From positions 1 through 27,882 of the forward strand of contig NW_021833309.1 of the NCBI RefSeq assembly GCF_006345805.1: DNA of 27,882 nt. The letters run 5' to 3'. The position numbers and the translations under genes are program-made. This stretch comes from Octopus sinensis. Taxonomy: Eukaryota. The notes below the pieces were generated by a model. That model worked only from the letters and a program-made list of their open reading frames with translations, did no database searches and was not told the origin of the DNA. Shown here one piece after another: positions 20,955 through 27,882 of the stretch (its first letter is position 1; each line of letters begins with the position of its first letter).

Positions 20955-21174
20955 GTGTGTGAGTGTGCAAAGATAATATTCCTAAAGGATTCTGCCGGAT
21001 AGCAATACTCTCTTCAGAAGACTCTCTAAATATACTCTCCCAGACGACATTCTGCTGTATTCTGCGGATCAATTCCTTATAGTGGAGGAACCATTTAGGT
21101 TCCGGAATCTGCTTAAAATACTTTGTGCCAATGTCTTCTAATGAAATATCTATGAGCGTTTCTATATCACTTCC
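20955..21174 (-). CDS. Candidate internal exon (73 codons + 1 nt): [73 protein letters not shown]
   Basis: Acceptor ATATTGATATCTCCAG|G and donor CAC|GTATGC; the only open frame of three; a unique island between microsatellites. Absent from the ORF track. Family not recognised; a TE origin is not excluded. Confidence 0.45.
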
Positions 21175-21227
21175 CTGGAGATATCAATATATGTATGTGT
21201 GTGTGTATGTCTGCCTGTATGTATGTA

Positions 21228-21295
<68 letters not shown>

Positions 21296-21299
21296 ATAT

Positions 21300-21490
21300 G
21301 TGTGTGCGTTTGTGTTTGACAACTGATGCTGGTGTGTGTACGTCCTCGTAACTTAGCAGTTCGGCAAAAGAAACCGATAGTATAAGTACTTGACTTACAA
21401 AGAATAAGTCGTGGGATCGTTTTGTTCAACTAAAGGCGTTGCTCTGGCATGGCCGCAGTCAAATGACTGAAACAAGTTAAAGAATAAAAG
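21300..21490 (+). mobile_element. SINE family B, 3' half
   Basis: TTGACAACTGATGCTGGTGTG...TTCGGCAAAAGAAACCGATAG...CATGGCCGCAGTCAAATGACTGAAAC. Confidence 0.88.
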
Positions 21491-21574
21491 AATATATATG
21501 CATATATATATATATATATATATATGCATGTATGTATATGCACACACATATGCGTAGGCACACATATATTTACA

Positions 21575-21670
21575 TGATGAGTTTCCTCAGTTTCCTTGAA
21601 CCAAATTCACTAACTAGTCATTCATCGACACAGGGCTATAGTAGAAGCCACTTGCCTATGATGTCACAAC
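21575..21670 (-). mobile_element. SINE family B 5'/core fragment, diverged
   Basis: CAGTTTCC...ACCAAATTCACT...GGGCTATAGTAGAAGCCACTTGCC. Confidence 0.6.
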
Positions 21671-22439
21671 CCACTTTGCTGCAAAGCGAGCCACAAAAAA
21701 CACACCCATGCCTATAACATGTTTGTTTTATTTCTGAGTAACTCATGCAGTGGCACCTTGAATGCTCCTCACTTATTACAAACCGGATATGTTTGCAAGA
21801 GTAAAAAGATCTTGAGATTATTTATGCATAATATTTTGTGAAGATTTCTTAATGTATTTAAGGCTACATCAGGTGTCACAAGTTGTTAAGTTATCAATAT
21901 CCATGTTCAGGATTCTTTGTTTTTTTTTTTATTTTCGTACTGTACAGAAGATTGATTCTGCAGATTATAATTAGTTTTCTATTTGGTTTTTTGTCTGTCT
22001 GCCTTAATTTTCGTCCGTCTGTCTCACTATCGTTCTCTTTCCTTTTCACTGTTTTCTCTTTCTCTTCTTGTCTGTCTGTCAGTGTATGTACGTATCTATA
22101 TATGTAACCTATGTAATAGATATATAAATAAAATATATATTAAGGCTACATCAGATGTAGATATATAAACAAAATATATCTAATTATTTCTCCGTCGATT
22201 GGTAAAAAATGACGAACAGCCTTAATCGATTTTGGAATCTTAATGGATTCTCATCAGAGGCGTCTACATTAATTTGACCAATCTCAGAGAAACAAGCAGC
22301 CGGTTTATTTATACAATAGCTACCAACTTGGATACTGTGTTTAAACACTTTATTAAATATCAAGGGCCTGTCAACAGGAATCGCAACCCACACAGTATCG
22401 AGGTACATGTATGAAACTTTGCAGATAGTTTCCCTTCTG

Positions 22440-22725
22440 TTTTTAATTATTTAAATTCATCCTCTGAAGAAGCTAGTTTCTAACAAAGATACAAATCCCC
22501 ATCGTTTGAATCTAGATAACAAAAACAATGTCGCATTTTAAACTTGAGAAAAGTCTTGCATATTTTTACTGTTACACTTACTGTATCTGTAAGGAGCGAG
22601 TTTCTTGGTTGATTTTTTTTTTCTTGAAAATCCGAGCTCATCCGGATGTCATTTAGGTATTGACTCACAAAACAGAAGGCACGAATTATTATTGATATAA
22701 TTGTGAATTTATGATCTGGATATAA
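22440..22725 (-). mobile_element. Old 3' fragment of an RLE-type LINE
   Basis: LLYPDHKFTIISIIIRAFCFVSQYL...VSVTVKICKTFLKFKM aligns with the C-terminus of the copy at 23563-24015. Confidence 0.7.
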
Positions 22726-22729
22726 AAGC

Positions 22730-23562
22730 TATACGTATGTATGTATGTAAGTACGTATGTAAGTACGTATGTAAGTACGTATGTAAGTACGTATGTAAGT
22801 ACGTATGTAAGTATGTATGTATGTAAGTATGTATGTATGTATGTATGTATGTATGTATGTATGTATGCATGCATGCATGTATGTATGTAAGTATGCATGC
22901 ATGTATGTATGTATGCATACATGTATGTATGCATGCATGCATGCATGCATGCATGCATGTATGCATGTATGTATGCATGCATGTATGTATGTATGTAAGT
23001 ACGTATGTATGTAAGTACGTATGTAAGTACGTATGTAAGTACGTATGTAAGTACGTATGTAAGTACGTATGTATGTATGTAAGTACGTATGTAAGTACGT
23101 ATGTAAGTACGTATGTAAGTACGTATGTATGTACGTATGTAAGTACGTATGTATGTAGTACGTATGTAAGTACGTATGTAAGTACGTACGTATGCATGTA
23201 AGTACGTATGTAAGTACGTATGTATGTACGTATGTAAGTACGTATGTATGTATGTAAGTACGTATGTAAGTACGTATGTAATACGTATGTAAGTACGTAT
23301 GTAAGTACGTATGTATGTACGTATGTAAGTACGTATGTATGTATGTACGTAAGTATGTATGTACGTACGTACGTATGTACGTACGTATGTATGTACGTAC
23401 GTATGTACGTACGTATGTATGTACGTACGTATGTACGTACGTATGTATGTACGTACGTATGTTTGTATGTAAGTACGTACGTATGCATGTAAGTACGTAT
23501 GTATGTATGTATGTATGTTTATATGTACGTATGTATGCATGCATGTATGTATGTATGTATGT
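22730..23562. repeat. About 830-bp (TATG)n microsatellite with a 12-mer higher-order unit TAAGTACGTATG and (TGCA)n patches
   Basis: Direct reading. Confidence 0.95.
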
Positions 23563-24015
23563 CATTGTTCAGTTTCAAGATTTCATGTCAATAGAGAAAG
23601 AACCAGTTTCTAACCTTCATTGGAATTTTAACATCAACAACAGGGCATTTTTGTTTGTATGTATGTATGTATGTATGTATGTATGTATGTATATGCAGAG
23701 TTGTATGTTTTATGTATGCATTCTCATGCATATATTTACATATGTAGATAAGCTCATATATATATTTAAACGATAAACTTCTGGAAAGTTTTACAGATTT
23801 TTACAGTTCCAGTGATGGATTGGATCTGTAGTCTTCGAATTAGCTTTCTCCTTTCTGGTTTTGAGAAGCTTAATTTCTCAAGATTGGTATTTAGGCAGCG
23901 TGTTACGTATCCCAGGACTCCAATAATTACAGGTACAAACCTGAATTTGTAATGTGGATAGAGTTACTGCGGGTTTCTCAATAGTTCAGCATAGGTGTTC
24001 TCTTTTTCACTGATC
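23563..24015 (-). mobile_element. 3' fragment of an RLE-type (R4/NeSL-like) LINE, including the 3' UTR
   Basis: KISEKENTYAELLRNPQ*LYPHYKFRFVPVIIGVLGYVTRCLNTNLEKLSFSKPERRKLIRRLQIQSITGTVKICKTFQKFIV*; the UTR runs into (ATAC)n. Confidence 0.85.
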
Positions 24016-24197
24016 TTCGTACGTACGTATGTGTGCATCTATGTATGTATCTAGGCATCTCAGAATGTATGTAAGCATACATGTATGTACGATGTCGCTT
24101 TACGTTTAAATTGAACCGCACGCGATATATATTTTTTTTTACCTTTGGGATAATCTAAAAGAAATGGTTTGTATGTATGTATGTATGTATGTATGTA

Positions 24198-24237
<40 letters not shown>

Positions 24238-24426
24238 TAGATGTATGAGACCAGTTAGTTAGCGGACCACCTACCTCCCCACCACCCAAATACCACGGTT
24301 CCAACATCTGTTTCTGCTGCTCTGGCTACGTAGAATGTGTTGATGGAATAACAATTGACTGGCTGAGTATTCGACATCCTGACATATTCCGTGTGTACGT
24401 GCATGAATGTGTGTGTGTATGTGTGC

Positions 24427-24470
<44 letters not shown>

Positions 24471-24684
24471 GTATATGTGTGTGTGCTTGCGTTGTTTGTT
24501 CTGTCAACAAGGTAGAGATTGTAGCGATTTCAATGTAATAACAATTAACCGCTAAACAGCTTTTTCAAATGCCATGTCGTCTCTACACACATGCGCGCGC
24601 ACACACACACACATACGCGCGACTACATGCACACACATTTGTGTGTGTGTGTGTGTATGTATATGTATTTGTATAGATGTACAC

Positions 24685-24721
<37 letters not shown>

Positions 24722-24954
24722 GTATATACATACACACACAGAGACACGTGTGCATGCGTGTTGTGTGTGCTTCTTTATGCATATATATATATATATATAC
24801 ACACATATATATATACGCACAGCACACACGTTTTTATATACACATATATACATACATAGATAAATGCTTACATACATACATACATACATACACACACTCA
24901 CACACAAACAAACAAACGTACGTCTACCGACTCACACATACATATGGATATTTT

Positions 24955-25410
24955 TATTTTTTAATTTCTTAATTCTTCAAATTCTTCTTATGAAGAAGAA
25001 GCTGGCTTCTTAGAAAGTCAACTGCCTTCAACCAATTTAGATTATAAACAGTAAAAAAATGTTACAAGTTGTATTTCAGAAAAGTCTTACATATATTCAC
25101 TCTTCCACTTACAAATTCACATACGTATATATGATACAAATTAATAGCCATCCTTTTTTTTTCTTCTCGAAATCCAAGATTTAGCAGATGATAACTAAAA
25201 TACTTTATAAGGACATAAAAGTGAATTAATAATTTGAGTAGAATAATTGTAAGTTTCCAAGCAGTTGACCTAAAATATAATTGTTTTCGGTAATTTTTAG
25301 AAGGAATGGTCAGATGGCCATATTCTACCGGACAGCTGATCTCTGTGACTGTACCTGAGTTTTCATTTTTTGACCCAAATATTTCTGTTAGATTTGTTAT
25401 CCTCTTTTAC
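24955..25410 (-). mobile_element. Old 3' fragment of the same RLE-type LINE group
   Basis: GTVTEISCP...NLQLFYSNY*FTF...LLNLGF...VSGRVNICKTFLKYNL*; the UTR motif AGAAGCCAGCTTCTT resembles that of the other two copies. Confidence 0.7.
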
Positions 25411-25411
25411 G

Positions 25412-25602
25412 CTTTTACTTGTTTCAGTCATTTGACTGCGGCCATGCTGGAGCACCGCCTTTAGTCGAACTAATCGACCCCAGGACTTATTCTTTGCAAG
25501 CCTACTACTTGTTCTATCGGTCTATTTTGGCGAACTGCTAAGTTACGGGAACGTAAACACACCAACATCGGTTGTCAAGCGATGGTGGAGAGACCAACAC
25601 AA

Positions 25603-25637
<35 letters not shown>

Positions 25638-25795
25638 ACACACCACACATATATATATATATATACGACGGGCTTCTTTCAGTTTCCGTCTACCAAATCC
25701 ACTCACAAGGCATTGGTCGGCCTGAGGCTATAGTTGAAGACACTTGCGCAAGATGCCACGCAGTGGGACTGAACCCGGAACCATGTGGTTGGGAA
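25412..25795 (-). mobile_element. SINE family B, head slightly truncated
   Basis: Near-consensus match to 9189-9625. Confidence 0.92.
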
Positions 25796-25849
25796 ATACC
25801 TCTAAGCATTTCGTCCAGTGCGCTATCGATTCTGCCAGCTCGCCGCCTT
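25796..25849 (-). mobile_element. SINE family A head fused to the B copy
   Basis: ATACCTCTAAGCATTTCGTCCAG...TCTGCCAGCTCGCCGCCTT; the junction shares GAA with the B head. Confidence 0.8.
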
Positions 25850-25861
25850 GGTCGATAAAAT

Positions 25862-26994
25862 AAATACCGGTACAACCCAGCCTTCCAAATTACCTCATTT
25901 GGAGCAAGTAAGGAAGCTGTAGAGCCTGAATTTATGCCTACTTTTAAAGTGCAAGGACAAGTATATAACCTCATGGGATGTCTCGTGTTCCGGCCTAACG
26001 AGCCTGCCAAGTTCCTTCAGATTTACTTCATGACAGATTCACAGCAGAAATATGACAGACGATGTCAAAACTGTGAAAACCTTGACAGAAACACTGAGAT
26101 AGCTTTGCAAGTAATGCTCCAAAAGAGCAATGAAGCTTCAAGACAGCAATGGAACTGCCACGTCCAAATGGACGATGAGGTCAGGTCAGGTCAGATAAGA
26201 GACCAGTAGGTGAGCATGAACGTCGTTTCAATGCAACAACTGCGAAAGACGTGGCCAGTCTCCTGGTTGGTGAACAACGCGATCGCCGAGACATCATCAT
26301 TCATCAGCGAGATTCCAAGCTGACCCGCGTATCAGAAACTCATCGGCCTTATGATGCTCTACAGCACCCACTAATCCTCTGGTAAGGGCAAGATAGATAT
26401 CATTTTAACATTTCACAAGTAGATCCCACCAACAAGACGGTCTCGGCCAATGACTTCTACGCTTACATGCTGTTGATCCGCCCTGCCAATCCAAGCCATC
26501 TTTTGCAGTGCCGTGACCTCCTCTATCAATTCCTGGTTGATGTCAATGCAAAGGTTGAGAGCTAGCGTCTTCTTTTCATTCAACAACACCAGAAAAAGCT
26601 ACATGTGGAATCACATGTCCACCTGCACGATACCATTGCAGCGGATTGTGATGTCAGCAACATGGGGCAGTTGGTTATTCTGCCACCTACATTCACAGGA
26701 AGCCCTCGGTTTATGCTCGAAAGAAAGCAAAATGCAACGACGTATGTCAGGACATAAGGACGGCCTGATCTTTTCATGACCTTCACTTGCAACCCTCTGT
26801 GGGATGAAATCAAGGCCCTGCTTCTACCAGGACAACGTTCTCACTATAGGCACGACCTTTTGGAATGTGTGTTTCGACAAAAGCTGTTAAAGACGTTAGG
26901 ACTTATTACCAAACATCACATCTTTAGGGAAACTATTAGCCACATGTACACAGGTGAATGGCAGAAACGAGGCCAGCTGCATGCCCACATAATT
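25862..26994 (+). pseudogene. Helitron RepHel N-terminal/Rep relic
   Basis: YNPAFQITSFGA, MPTFKVQGQVY, EHERRFNA, YDALQHPL, QFLVD, LPPTFTGSPRFM, GRPDLFMTFTCNPLWDEI (Rep motif I) and EWQKRGQLHAHII (HUH motif II); several stops and a frameshift. Confidence 0.92.
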
Positions 26995-27247
26995 AATAAG
27001 AGAGGAGCGCCCGGGGGGGGGGGGATTCTTTGCAAATTTATACATTTTCAGGTTCAACATGTTTCAAATAAGTACTGACAATTGGAGGTGATTGCAAAGA
27101 CAAAGAACTACCTGCTTTTTTAACAATTTTAATAGTGAGATCATCGGATAAAACATGTTATTCACATATACAGTTGGTACCTCAGCTAATAACTGTTCAG
27201 AACTGCATAATCCTTAAGACATACTTAAATTTCATTATTTTCTTTAA

Positions 27248-27275
27248 CACGGGCAACGCCGGGTATAGCTGCTAG
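27248..27275 (+). mobile_element. Helitron 3' terminus (hairpin + CTAG|T)
   Basis: CACGGGCAACGCCGGG-TATAGCTG-CTAG followed by T at 27276. Confidence 0.8.
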
Positions 27276-27882
27276 TATATCATACACACATACATACATA
27301 TATACATACATACATACACACACACACACATCCATATATATATTTATATATATATATATAAATTTGACATGGTCGATTCTTTCTTGTCTTGGGATTCACG
27401 GTCAAACGGCTGGGGGGAATTGCGTGAAAAATTACACAGATGTGTAGAATGATCCGGTGGTATTGCTGAGCTTTGTACTTTTTCATAGTTCCCATGGTTA
27501 CCGAGGTAATCTACTAAAATAATACTCTTGTTTTTATGAATGAGAAAGGAAGGGGTGATAGATGAATAAGGAAGGAAGGGATGATGTCATACTTGGTAGT
27601 ATTTTTTGTTTTATTTTTTATGTTTGTTTCTGTTGTTTTGTATCTTTGTTCGCTTAGTATTTGGGTTTATTTTTTTTTATTTATTTGAATCTGGTGGGTT
27701 TCTTATGGGGGATGGGGGTCAGTTATTTTTAGCGTTTCGACAGAAAAAAAGTCATTCTAAAATTGTTTTTTAACGTAAGCCGTGCCCAAACCAAATCGAA
27801 TGCTTACACAGAACAGGTTTACGCCATATCATCCAAACCAACCGGGGTGAAAACGAGCTTAGATACTAGCATATATATATAT

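Noticed and set aside
22184-22408. Open frames on both strands (minus ORF MYLDTVWVAIP...; plus-strand AG/GT segment 22258-22402)
   Set aside because: Neither peptide is recognisable and the strand cannot be decided from sequence alone.
22582-22715. Apparent minus-strand exon with a good acceptor and perfect GTAAGT/GTGAGT donors, signal-peptide-like
   Set aside because: The peptide (LYPDHKFTIISIII...VKICKTFLKF) aligns with the RLE-LINE C-terminus at 23563-24015, so it is a transposon fossil. Exonisation cannot be excluded but is unsupported.
27840-27872. Possible further Helitron 3' end (..GATACTAG)
   Set aside because: No convincing hairpin, and CTAG is followed by C rather than T.

Overview
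Eukaryotic, AT-rich, extremely repeat-dense DNA. The SINE, LINE and microsatellite content resembles what I recall from octopus (coleoid cephalopod) genomes; this is recognition, not a database result. There is no prokaryotic operon or CRISPR array. Most ORF-track entries are artefacts of microsatellites or SINE copies. The window is best read as intronic sequence of an unidentified minus-strand gene: one well-supported exon (470-646) plus weaker candidates (292-352, 2339-2424, 20955-21174). Mobile elements found: about 18 copies or fragments of one tRNA-headed SINE family (my label 'A') and about 12 copies or fragments of three others (B, C, D); two CR1-group LINE 3' fragments; five restriction-like-endonuclease (R4/Dong-like) LINE 3' fragments; a decayed DD37D (maT) Tc1/mariner transposase; a 148-bp hAT-like MITE with an 8-bp TSD; a 395-bp foldback inside a tandem duplication; an intact 388-bp non-autonomous Helitron; and a Helitron Rep relic cut just after its HUH motif and followed by a Helitron 3' end. 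The most notable observations are a LINE/SINE shared 3' tail with a covarying stem-loop, SINE arrays with fixed junctions and a triplicated target site, an 81-nt pre-miRNA-like hairpin, and a candidate exon enclosed by an inverted SINE-head pair. I found no convincing evidence for a wholly new biological system; the findings are hypotheses about transposon mechanics and an unannotated host gene. SINE labels A-D are mine, and most repeat boundaries are approximate.
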